Shown: piece by piece, positions 29,520 through 38,485 of the stretch
How positions within the stretch are numbered: the first letter of the stretch is position 1
Layout of the letters: the number at the start of each line of letters is the position of its first letter
NCBI RefSeq assembly: GCF_054482525.1
Contig: NZ_CM137006.1
Length of the DNA stretch: 64,000 nt
Strand: one strand, 5' to 3'
Position numbers and translations under genes: made by a program
The notes under the pieces: generated by a model
What the model was told of the DNA's origin: nothing
What the model saw: only the letters and a program-made list of their open reading frames with translations
Databases searched by the model: none

Positions 29520-31199
29520 ATGGCGGAAACAACTAAAGAGCGATTGAACAAACAGTTCGCACAACTTGAAAGCGAGCGTCAGTCGTTCGAGCCGCACTGG
29601 CGCGAGTTGAGTGATTACATCAACCCGCGTGGTTCCCGCTTTCTGACTTCTGAGGTCAACCGTAACGATCGGCGCAATACACGCATTATTGATTCGACCG
29701 GGACTATGGCGGCGCGCACTCTCGCCAGCGGCATGATGTCAGGCATCACAAGCCCCGCGCGTCCGTGGTTTCGCCTGGCTACGCCAGATCCTGAAATGAT
29801 GGATTATGGCCCTGTTAAGTTGTGGCTTGAGGCAGTTCAGAACCGCATGAACGATATGTTCAATAAGTCGAATCTCTACCAGTCTCTTCCGCAGTTATAC
29901 GGAAGCCTCGGCACATACAGCACTGGTGCAATGGCAGTGCTGGAGGATGACGAGGACATCATTCGCACAATGCCATTCCCGATAGGCAGTTACTACCTGG
30001 CTAACTCACCTCGTGGCAGTGTTGACACCTGTTTTCGCAAGTTCTCTATGACTGTTCGTCAGCTTGTTCAGGAGTTCGGGCTAAATAACGTCAGCGAATC
30101 CGTAAAAAGCATGTGGGAAAGCGGCACCTACGAGAAGTGGATCGAAGTGATGCATTCGGTTTACCCGAACATTGACCGCGATACATCGAAGCTGGATAGC
30201 AAGAACAAGCCATTCAAATCGGTTTATTACGAGGTTGGTGGAGATAACGACAAGTTGTTGCGTGAGTCCGGATTCGATGAGTTTCCAATTATGGCTCCGC
30301 GCTGGGAAGTTAACGGCGAAGATGTTTATGGATCATCATGCCCGGGTATGCTGGCGCTTGGACCTGTTAAGGCATTGCAGCTTCTCCAGAAGCGCAAGTC
30401 GCAGTTGATTGATAAAGCCACCAATCCGCCGATGGTTGCTCCGACTTCCCTCAAGAATCAGCGCGCCTCCCTTCTTCCTGGCGACATCACGTATATCGAT
30501 CAGATTACTGGTCAGGATGGCTTCAGGCCTGCTTATCTGGTTAACCCCAGTACAGCAGATTTGGTGGCAGACATTCAGGACACTCGTCAAATCATTAACA
30601 GCGCCTACTTTGTCGATCTGTTCATGATGTTGCAGAACATCAATACCCGCTCGATGCCTGTTGAAGCGGTGATCGAAATGAAAGAAGAAAAACTTCTGAT
30701 GTTGGGGCCGGTTCTGGAGCGTCTGAACGACGAATGTCTTAATCCTCTCATTGACCGCGCTTTCTCGATGATGGTGCGCAAAAACATGCTGCCGCCACCG
30801 CCTGACGCGATGGAAGGCATGCCCCTGAAGGTCGAATACATTTCCGTCATGGCTCAGGCGCAGAAGTCTATCGGCCTGTCCAGTCTGGCGTCCACGGTTA
30901 ACTTCATTGGTCAACTTGCGCAAGCGAAACCAGAAGCTCTCGACAAACTCAACGTTGATCAGGCGATCGATGCATTCGCTGATATGTCCGGAGTGTCTCC
31001 AACCGTCATTGTTCCGCAGGAACAGGTTGAGCAGGCTCGCCAGCAACGGGCACAGCAACAACAGCAGCAACAAATGATGGCGATGGGGATGGCGGCGGCA
31101 CAGGGGGCCAAGACGCTAAGCGAAGCTAAAACTTCGGATCCGAGTGTGTTGTCAGCTATGGCGAATGCAGTTAGTGGTCAGGGTGGGCAATCACAATGA
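29520..31199 (+). CDS. Portal (head-to-tail connector) protein, T7 gp8-like family
   Basis: 559 aa. The N-terminus KERLNKQFAQLESERQSFEPHWRELSDYINPRGSRF and the Gln-rich C-terminus fit, as does its position after terL. Confidence 0.75.
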   Translation: MAETTKERLNKQFAQLESERQSFEPHWRELSDYINPRGSRFLTSEVNRNDRRNTRIIDSTGTMAARTLASGMMSGITSPARPWFRLATPDPEMMDYGPVKLWLEAVQNRMNDMFNKSNLYQSLPQLYGSLGTYSTGAMAVLEDDEDIIRTMPFPIGSYYLANSPRGSVDTCFRKFSMTVRQLVQEFGLNNVSESVKSMWESGTYEKWIEVMHSVYPNIDRDTSKLDSKNKPFKSVYYEVGGDNDKLLRESGFDEFPIMAPRWEVNGEDVYGSSCPGMLALGPVKALQLLQKRKSQLIDKATNPPMVAPTSLKNQRASLLPGDITYIDQITGQDGFRPAYLVNPSTADLVADIQDTRQIINSAYFVDLFMMLQNINTRSMPVEAVIEMKEEKLLMLGPVLERLNDECLNPLIDRAFSMMVRKNMLPPPPDAMEGMPLKVEYISVMAQAQKSIGLSSLASTVNFIGQLAQAKPEALDKLNVDQAIDAFADMSGVSPTVIVPQEQVEQARQQRAQQQQQQQMMAMGMAAAQGAKTLSEAKTSDPSVLSAMANAVSGQGGQSQ

Positions 31200-31492
31200 C
31201 AGATTACGAAGACGATCAACTGAAAGAAGAAAACGCCCGTAAGCAACGTGACATGGCGCAGCGTGAAATTGATGACATTCGCTTTGTCATGAGCAGTGAA
31301 CAGGGGCGTCGCGTTGTCTGGTCGGTGCTGGAGAAAGGCCGTGTGTTTTCCGCTATCTCACCGATGGACGCTATGGCAATGGCATTTAATGAGGGGCAAC
31401 GCAATCTGGCGCTGGAACTGTTTCAGCGCGTTATGGCGCATTGCCCTGAACAGTATTTGAAGATGGCCAAAGAGGCCAGTGAACAGGAGTGA
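31196..31492 (+). CDS. Hypothetical protein
   Basis: A 98-aa ORF, coupled to the neighbouring genes. Confidence 0.5.
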   Translation: MTDYEDDQLKEENARKQRDMAQREIDDIRFVMSSEQGRRVVWSVLEKGRVFSAISPMDAMAMAFNEGQRNLALELFQRVMAHCPEQYLKMAKEASEQE

Positions 31493-31494
31493 TC

Positions 31495-32190
31495 ATGAAT
31501 TTATTTGAGCGTTTGCTGTATCGCCGTCTTTGCAATGAGCAACCAGTCGATGGTGGAGCAGCTCCGGCTGCGTCAGAACCGTCAGCGCCTGCAGGTGATA
31601 ACCATGCTCCAGTTGGTGATCCATCACAACCGGAAGGTGATAAGTCACAACCTGTTGCTGATGGCGATAAACCTGCTGATGACAAAAATCCTGAAAACGA
31701 TAAGCAGGATGAAAAAAAGGACGGCGATAAACCAGAGGGTGCGCCTGAGAAGTACGAGTTTCAGGCTGCCGAAGGCGTAGAGCTGGATACAGAAGCGTTG
31801 AAGGAATTCGAGCCGGTGGCGCGAGAACTAAACCTGACCAACGAGCAAGCGCAAAAGCTGGTTGATGCTTATCCGAAGATTCTGGCAGGTGTTCAGCAGC
31901 GCCAGGTAGAAGCCTGGCAGAAAACAACCGAGCAGTGGGCTGCGGATGTAAAAGCTGACAAAGAAATCGGTGGCGACAAGTTGATTTCTAACCTTAGCGC
32001 CGCACAGCGTGCGCTTGACCAGTTCGGGACACCTGAACTCAAAGAATATCTGAACACCACCGGGCTGGGTAATCACCCTGATCTGGTCAAAACGTTCGTG
32101 AAAATCGGAAAGGCGATGTCTGAAGATGGCATGGTCACCGGTGGTAATGAAGGCCAGCGTAGTGCGGCCGAAGTGCTCTATGGCAAATAA
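31495..32190 (+). CDS. Scaffolding protein (putative)
   Basis: An acidic, low-complexity N-terminal half with a helical C-terminal half, placed directly upstream of the major capsid gene. ACAGGAG lies 5 nt before the ATG at 31495. Confidence 0.55.
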   Translation: MNLFERLLYRRLCNEQPVDGGAAPAASEPSAPAGDNHAPVGDPSQPEGDKSQPVADGDKPADDKNPENDKQDEKKDGDKPEGAPEKYEFQAAEGVELDTEALKEFEPVARELNLTNEQAQKLVDAYPKILAGVQQRQVEAWQKTTEQWAADVKADKEIGGDKLISNLSAAQRALDQFGTPELKEYLNTTGLGNHPDLVKTFVKIGKAMSEDGMVTGGNEGQRSAAEVLYGK

Positions 32191-32198
32191 GAGAGGAA

Positions 32199-33191
32199 AT
32201 GACAATGGCTGTTAAAGGCTTAACTGCGCTAACGCTGGCTGACTGGGGTAAGCGCGTCGATCCAAACGGGAAAGTCGATAAGATTATCGAGCTTCTCGGT
32301 CAAACTAACCCGATCCTTCAGGATATGCCTTTTGTCGAAGGGAACCTTCCTACCGGACACCGAACCACTATTCGTTCTGGTTTACCTTCAGCTACCTGGC
32401 GTTTGCTGAACTATGGCGTACAGCCAAGCAAATCAACCACAGTGCAGGTAACCGATTCCGTTGGCATGCTGGAAACCTATGCGGAAGTCGATAAGTCACT
32501 GGCTGATCTGAACGGCAATACCGCCGAATTCCGCCTGTCTGAAGACCGCGCATTTATTGAAGCGATGAATCAGCAGATGGCGCAGACGCTGTTTTATGGT
32601 GATTCCAGCGTTAACCCTCAGCAGTTTATGGGACTGTCCTCCCGCTATTCCAGCCTGTCTGCGGGTAATGCTCAGAATATCATTGATGCTGGTGGCACGG
32701 GTACAGATAACACCTCAATCTGGTTAGTGGTGTGGGGCGAAAACACCGTGCATGGCATCTTCCCGAAAGGGCAGAAGGCTGGCATCCAGATGGAAGATAA
32801 AGGCCAGGTGACACTGGAAGATGCTAATGGCGGCAAGTACGAAGGCTATCGCACCCATTACAAATGGGATAACGGACTTGCTCTGCGTGACTGGCGTTAT
32901 GTTGTTCGCATTGCAAACATCGATGTCAGCAATCTTTCAGAACCATCCTCTGCCGCAAATATTGCGAAGTTGATGGTTAAAGCACTACATCGCATTCCAA
33001 ACCGTGGCATGGGCCGCCCGGTGTTCTACATGAACCGCACTGTAGGCCAGGCTCTTGATCTGCAGTCTCTGGAGAAAACATCTCTGGCTATCAGCGTAAA
33101 AGAGACAGAAGGCGAGTGGTGGACTTCATTCCGTGGTGTACCAATCCGTGAAACTGATGCGCTTCTGGAAACAGAAGCCCGCGTGGTGTAA
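32199..33191 (+). CDS. Major capsid protein
   Basis: About 330 aa; the likely true start is the ATG at 32205 (MAVKGLT). The call rests on position, size and a strong post-gene hairpin. Confidence 0.7.
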   Translation: MTMAVKGLTALTLADWGKRVDPNGKVDKIIELLGQTNPILQDMPFVEGNLPTGHRTTIRSGLPSATWRLLNYGVQPSKSTTVQVTDSVGMLETYAEVDKSLADLNGNTAEFRLSEDRAFIEAMNQQMAQTLFYGDSSVNPQQFMGLSSRYSSLSAGNAQNIIDAGGTGTDNTSIWLVVWGENTVHGIFPKGQKAGIQMEDKGQVTLEDANGGKYEGYRTHYKWDNGLALRDWRYVVRIANIDVSNLSEPSSAANIAKLMVKALHRIPNRGMGRPVFYMNRTVGQALDLQSLEKTSLAISVKETEGEWWTSFRGVPIRETDALLETEARVV

Positions 33192-33207
33192 CGCCTGTTA
33201 TTAACCT

Positions 33208-33227
33208 GTGGGTCGTAACAGACCCAC
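33208..33227 (+). other. Post-capsid-gene hairpin (possible attenuator)
   Basis: GTGGGTC-gtaaca-GACCCAC, with no T-run. Confidence 0.35.
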
Positions 33228-33242
33228 TAATGGAGAAAGAAG

Positions 33243-33680
33243 ATGATCACCGACAAACTGTTGATGTTCTCCGAAGCTCAGGCGGTTACGAATACCGCGG
33301 CTTCTACTGACGTAATCGATCTCGGTCCAATTGACGGAAAACGTCGTGATATCGGCGTGGGTTACCCGCTTGAGTTTTGGGTGCTGGTTAACGCAGCCGC
33401 CGCAGCAAGCGGTGATGCAACTGTAAACATCCAGTTGCAGACGAGTGAGAATAACACCTCATGGACCACTATTTATGATAGTGGCGCACTGGTAAAGACC
33501 GCCCTGACAGCAGGTAAACGAGTTGTTTCTGCAAAGGTGCCTGCCGGTGTTCAGCGATATCTGCGTGTTAACTACTCCGTCGCAACTGGCCCACTAACGG
33601 CTGGCGAATTCACTGCTGGTATCAGTCTTGATGTTGATGCCAATACGCCGTATCCGATCCGCTCAAAAGTAACTGGTTAA
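33243..33680 (+). CDS. Capsid decoration/cement protein candidate (Bbp16-like)
   Basis: 145 aa directly after the capsid gene, with a beta-rich composition. The family assignment is from memory only. Confidence 0.4.
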   Translation: MITDKLLMFSEAQAVTNTAASTDVIDLGPIDGKRRDIGVGYPLEFWVLVNAAAAASGDATVNIQLQTSENNTSWTTIYDSGALVKTALTAGKRVVSAKVPAGVQRYLRVNYSVATGPLTAGEFTAGISLDVDANTPYPIRSKVTG

Positions 33681-33690
33681 GGTGATATCG

Positions 33691-34026
33691 ATGTCAGGTG
33701 AGAAACCAAGATACCGCGTTCTGCGCCTCTCTCATATCCATAACACTCTGTGGCCGGAGGGGGCAGAAATCGAATACGAAGGTGAGCCTGGTAGCGCACT
33801 GGAACCTGTTAACGATGCAGCCAGACAGGCAAAAGCAAAAGTTGCAGGAAAGGTGTCAATGGCAGCAACCAGCACCAAAATCATCAACGATGTGTCAGAT
33901 GATGGTGAACTGGATAAGCTCCGTGAAGAGTACGAATTGCTCTTTAACGAGAAGCCACACCATAACGCCAAAGCTGAAACGCTCCGCGAGAAGATCGCAG
34001 ATAAGCGTAAAGAACTGGGCGTGTAA
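33691..34026 (+). CDS. Hypothetical structural-region protein
   Basis: AAGGTGA lies 5 nt before the ATG at 33691. Confidence 0.45.
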   Translation: MSGEKPRYRVLRLSHIHNTLWPEGAEIEYEGEPGSALEPVNDAARQAKAKVAGKVSMAATSTKIINDVSDDGELDKLREEYELLFNEKPHHNAKAETLREKIADKRKELGV

Positions 34027-34042
34027 GCCTCGCGAATCAGAC

Positions 34043-34064
34043 AAGGGGCTTCGGCCCCTTTATT
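34043..34064 (+). terminator. Hairpin with UUCG loop plus T-rich tail
   Basis: AAGGGGC-ttcg-GCCCCTT-TATT. Confidence 0.5.
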
Positions 34065-34076
34065 GCAGGAGTGTAT

Positions 34077-34400
34077 ATGGAACTCGTAAACCTCAAAACC
34101 GGCACTGACAGCTACCAGGATGAGAGCGGAGAAACCAGAACTCGTGATGAATACCCGTGGGGGCTGTGCATCACTCTTAATAACGACACATTGAATAAGC
34201 TGAAGGCGCAACCTAAGGGCGTCGGAACGGAAGTGATGATAACTGCAAAGGCTGTTATTCGAGGCCTGTCTGCCAGAGAAACTGACGATGGCGTTAATCG
34301 CAGCGCCGATCTGCAGATCACTGATATGGCGATCGCTCCTGTTTCCGGGGATGTAGAAAAATCAGCGGCTGAAACTCTGTACGGTAACGGAGGTGAGTGA
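34077..34400 (+). CDS. Hypothetical structural-region protein
   Basis: AGGAG lies 5 nt before the ATG at 34077 (MELVNLKTG). Confidence 0.45.
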   Translation: MELVNLKTGTDSYQDESGETRTRDEYPWGLCITLNNDTLNKLKAQPKGVGTEVMITAKAVIRGLSARETDDGVNRSADLQITDMAIAPVSGDVEKSAAETLYGNGGE

Positions 34401-35005
34401 TGGCCTCTGTAGTAGAGATCTGTAATCGTGCGCTGTCCAATATTGGCAACAGCCGCAGCATTAACAGCCTGACGGAAGCCAGCAAGGAAGCGGGGGAATG
34501 TTCGCTGCACTTTGAGGCCTGCCGTGATGCTGTGCTTTCTGATTTTGACTGGAACTTTGCTACCAAACGCGTGGCGCTTGCAGATACGAGCAATCCACCG
34601 CCTGACTGGGAATATGCGTACCAGTACCCGTCAGATTGTCTGCGCATTACTGAAATTATGCTTCCTGGTGTACGCAATCCAACAGCAGCAATGCGCGTTC
34701 AGTACGAAGTTGGTGCAGACACCAACGGAACAGGAAAGTTGATCTACACAGACCAGCCTCAGGCATGGCTCAAGTATGTCTCTCGCGTTACAGATGTGAA
34801 CATGTTTGATGCCATTTTTATGGAGGCGTTGGCCTGGCGTCTTGCGGCAGCTATTAACATGGCGCTGACTGGGAATGCAGACCTCGGTACGTTTGCCCTC
34901 AATATGTACAATCGCGTGATTCTTAGTGCTGGCTCGCATAGCCAGAATGAATCACAGGAACCACAGCCACCGGTTGACGAGTTTACCATTGCGAGGTTGT
35001 CCTGA
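34397..35005 (+). CDS. Head-tail adaptor / tail tubular protein A-like
   Basis: 202 aa followed by an 823-aa protein, which mirrors the T7 gp11/gp12 sizes and order. Confidence 0.4.
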   Translation: MMASVVEICNRALSNIGNSRSINSLTEASKEAGECSLHFEACRDAVLSDFDWNFATKRVALADTSNPPPDWEYAYQYPSDCLRITEIMLPGVRNPTAAMRVQYEVGADTNGTGKLIYTDQPQAWLKYVSRVTDVNMFDAIFMEALAWRLAAAINMALTGNADLGTFALNMYNRVILSAGSHSQNESQEPQPPVDEFTIARLS

Positions 35006-37476
35006 TGGCTATCAGTTGGATCCAGCCCAGCTTTGCCGGTGGTGAGATTGGACCGTCGTTGTACGGACGTATCGACATGGCGAAGTACCAGGTGGCATTG
35101 CGCAAGTGCGATAACTTTATCGTGCGGCAGTATGGCGGCGTTGAGAATCGACCTGGTACGCGTTTTGTCGGTGCCGCCAAATACCCAAATCGGAAATGCC
35201 GCCTGATCCCGTTCCAGTTCTCGACGGTTCAGACCTATGCTCTGGAGTTCGGACACCAGTACATGCGCGTTATCAAAGATGGTGCGTTGGTGCTGAACAG
35301 CAGCAATGTTATTTATGAAATTGCCACGCCATATACTGAAGCCGATCTGTTCCGAATTAAATTTACGCAAAGCGCCGACGTGCTTACGCTGGTTCACCCG
35401 GCATACCCGCCGAAAGAGTTGCGCCGCTATGCGCATGACAACTGGCAACTGGTTGATGTGGTAACGAAGAACGGGCCATTTGAAGATATCAATATTGACG
35501 AGTCAGTGACGGTTTATGCCAGCGCCAGCACTGGGACAATTACGTTAACGGCAAGCGCCTCTATTTTTGGCGCGGAGCAGGTAGGCAAATTGTTCTATCT
35601 GGAACAGCCTGCAGTGGATTCTGTGCCGGTATGGGAAACCAGTAAGAGTACGTCGATTGGCGATATTCGCCGTGCAGACAGTAACTACTATCGCGCCGTT
35701 ACAGCAGGAAAAACAGGCACTTTGCGCCCTTCGCATACAGAAGGCACATCATGGGATGGCTGGGGCGGATCCGGTGATGATGATACTGGCATTGAGTGGG
35801 AGTATCTGCACAGTGGTTTTGGCATTGCCCGTATAACTGCTGTAAATGGCACTACTGCAACTGCTGAGGTGATTTCCTATATCCCTTCGCAGGTCGTTGG
35901 CGAGGATAATGCCAGCTATAAATGGGCTAAATATGCCTGGAACAGTGTTAATGGTTATCCTGGCACTGTTGTTTATTATCAACAACGTCTTTACTTCGCC
36001 GCATCGACTGCGTTCCCTCAGACTATCTGGGCCAGCCGTACTGGGGATTATAAGGATTTTGGCAAAAGCAATCCTACGCAGGATGACGACAGAATTATCT
36101 ACACCTATGCCGGGCGTCAGGTTAATGAGATCCGCCACCTGATTGATGTTGGTTCGCTGGTGGCGCTGACTTCCGGAGGTGAGTATGTCATCACCGGCGA
36201 CCAGAACAAAGTGTTAACCCCATCATCATTTGCATTCAGCTCTCAGGGATCAAATGGCTCAAGCAACGTCCCGCCAATTGCCGTGGCGAATATTGCTTTG
36301 TTCGTCCAGGAGAAAGGCAGTGTTGTACGTGATCTGGCCTACTCATTCGATGTTGACGGCTATCAGGGGAACGACCTGACCATCCTTGCCAATCATCTTT
36401 TTCAGAAGCACAGCATTGTTGACTGGTGCTTCTCGATTGTCCCTTACTCCAGCGCCTTCTGCATTCGTGATGACGGTAAATTGCTGGTGATGACCTATTT
36501 GCGTGATCAGCAGGTTTTTGCATGGGCACCACAATCCAGTACCGGGAAATATGAAAGCACATGCAGTATCAGCGAAGGCAATGAAGATGCGGTGTATTTC
36601 GTCGTTAACCGAACCGTTAACGGGCAAACAGTGAGATACATAGAGCGACTGTCCAGCCGTTTATTTACCAGCGATGAAGATGCTTTCTTTGTTGATTCTG
36701 GCCTTAGCTATGATGGAAGAAATACGTCTGACAGAACGATGACCATCACTGGTGGTTCTGGTGAATGGGATTACCGCGCGGAATATACAATCAGTATTTC
36801 TGGTGGTGCGTACTTCACCAGTAGTGATGTCGGTGCGCAACTACAATTCCCTTATACCGGAACTGATCCTGATACTGGCGATGAAGTGTCAAAAGAATTA
36901 CGTTGCGACATTATTTCTGTAACCAGCAATACCGCTGTAGTGGTTCGTCCTAACAGGAACGTCCCATCATCCCTCAGGAATGTGGCCACCACGAACTGGC
37001 AGATGGCGCGCCGGACATTTGGAGGCCTGTCTCATCTTGAAGGCCAGATCGTAAACATTCTCTCTGATGCGAACGTGGAACCACAGAAAGTTGTTTCCGG
37101 AGGTGCCGTCACGCTGGAATCTCCGGGGGCTGTAGTGCACATCGGCCTGCCAATAACTGCTGAATTCGAAACACTGGATATCAACATTAGCGGACAGGAA
37201 ACGCTGCTGGACAAAAAACAGGTGATCCCGTCCGTTACTCTGGTTGTGAATGCCAGTCGCGGCATCTGGGCGACTACGCCCGGCGGTAAATGGTACGAAT
37301 ATCCACAGCGTGAATTCGAGTTCTACGATGATCCTGTTGATGATGCTACCGGAAAAGTAGAAGTGAAACTGGACAGTAACTGGGGCAAAAACGGGCGTGT
37401 AAAAATCCGTCAGCTTGACCCGTTGCCGCTGTCTGTTCTTGCCGTTATTCCTCGCCTTACTGTTGGGGGAGTCTGA
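35005..37476 (+). CDS. Tail tubular protein B-like (nozzle)
   Basis: 823 aa. The call is based on position and size. Confidence 0.45.
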   Translation: MAISWIQPSFAGGEIGPSLYGRIDMAKYQVALRKCDNFIVRQYGGVENRPGTRFVGAAKYPNRKCRLIPFQFSTVQTYALEFGHQYMRVIKDGALVLNSSNVIYEIATPYTEADLFRIKFTQSADVLTLVHPAYPPKELRRYAHDNWQLVDVVTKNGPFEDINIDESVTVYASASTGTITLTASASIFGAEQVGKLFYLEQPAVDSVPVWETSKSTSIGDIRRADSNYYRAVTAGKTGTLRPSHTEGTSWDGWGGSGDDDTGIEWEYLHSGFGIARITAVNGTTATAEVISYIPSQVVGEDNASYKWAKYAWNSVNGYPGTVVYYQQRLYFAASTAFPQTIWASRTGDYKDFGKSNPTQDDDRIIYTYAGRQVNEIRHLIDVGSLVALTSGGEYVITGDQNKVLTPSSFAFSSQGSNGSSNVPPIAVANIALFVQEKGSVVRDLAYSFDVDGYQGNDLTILANHLFQKHSIVDWCFSIVPYSSAFCIRDDGKLLVMTYLRDQQVFAWAPQSSTGKYESTCSISEGNEDAVYFVVNRTVNGQTVRYIERLSSRLFTSDEDAFFVDSGLSYDGRNTSDRTMTITGGSGEWDYRAEYTISISGGAYFTSSDVGAQLQFPYTGTDPDTGDEVSKELRCDIISVTSNTAVVVRPNRNVPSSLRNVATTNWQMARRTFGGLSHLEGQIVNILSDANVEPQKVVSGGAVTLESPGAVVHIGLPITAEFETLDINISGQETLLDKKQVIPSVTLVVNASRGIWATTPGGKWYEYPQREFEFYDDPVDDATGKVEVKLDSNWGKNGRVKIRQLDPLPLSVLAVIPRLTVGGV

Positions 37477-37940
37477 TGATCGATGTTCAAATTATTCCCG
37501 CTACCGAAGAGCATCTTCAGATGATTTTGCCGGATGTTCGTCAGGCTGATATTGACGAACTGTATGCGGTATCGCTGATGACTACCGAAGATGCGCTGCG
37601 CGTTGGTCTTCGCACTGCGACTATGGCCTGGTCAGGGTTCGCGAACGGAGAACTGGTAACCATGTTTGGTGTATCTCCGGCGTCAATGATCGGTGGCAAT
37701 GGTACGCCCTGGCTGGTAGGAACCAGCCGTATTGAAAAATATCAGAAGACATTTCTGCGCCACTGCCGCCCTGTATTGCAGCAGATGCTGGCAGTTTATC
37801 CGCGCCTGGAAAACTACGTCGACGAGCGAAACCATGTTGCCAAAGCATGGCTGCACTGGCTTGGATTCAGGCTTGAAGAAGCCGCGCCTTATGGTGCTCT
37901 TGGTCTTAATTTCCACAGATTTCACATGGAGAGAAAATAA
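37476..37940 (+). CDS. Internal virion protein A-like (T7 gp13/DUF2833-like)
   Basis: 154 aa. The order 13-14-15-16 is as in T7-like phages, with ENYVDERNHVAKAWLHWLGF at the C-terminus. Confidence 0.4.
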   Translation: MIDVQIIPATEEHLQMILPDVRQADIDELYAVSLMTTEDALRVGLRTATMAWSGFANGELVTMFGVSPASMIGGNGTPWLVGTSRIEKYQKTFLRHCRPVLQQMLAVYPRLENYVDERNHVAKAWLHWLGFRLEEAAPYGALGLNFHRFHMERK

Positions 37941-38485
37941 TGTGCGATCCGGTTATTGCTGGTGGCGCAATGCTCGCCATGAGTGGCATTCAGGCATACA
38001 CCCAGTACCAACAGGGAAAGTATGCCTCGAAGGTTGCAGAAGCGAACGCAGATATAGCCACAGCTCAGGCAAATGATGCAATAAACAGAGGTAACGCTGA
38101 AGCTGAGCAACGACGCAGAGAGACCCGACAGCGGCTTGGTACACAGGCGGCGACAATGGGGGCTACCGGCGCTGATTTATCTACAGGTAACGCGCTGGAT
38201 ATATTTGGCGACACTGCCCAGTTTGGCGCTCTTGATTCGCTGACGACGGTGAATAACGCGCAACGCGAGGCTTACGGTTATCAGGTTCAGGCTGCCAACT
38301 ATAAAGCAGAAGCCAGTTCAGCCCGTAAACAGGGGAATGTGGGAGCAGCAACAACATTGCTCACTGCGCCTCTGAAGGCATACGGTGCCTACCAGATGTT
38401 TGGTGGGACGTGGAGTCCGTTTACTCAAAGTACTCCTGCACCAATCGGGGCAGCAGCAGGAACCAGATTACCCGGAGGATTATAA
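37940..38485 (+). CDS. Internal virion protein B-like (T7 gp14-like)
   Basis: 181 aa with a hydrophobic N-terminus and an Ala/Gln-rich helical body. Confidence 0.45.
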   Translation: MCDPVIAGGAMLAMSGIQAYTQYQQGKYASKVAEANADIATAQANDAINRGNAEAEQRRRETRQRLGTQAATMGATGADLSTGNALDIFGDTAQFGALDSLTTVNNAQREAYGYQVQAANYKAEASSARKQGNVGAATTLLTAPLKAYGAYQMFGGTWSPFTQSTPAPIGAAAGTRLPGGL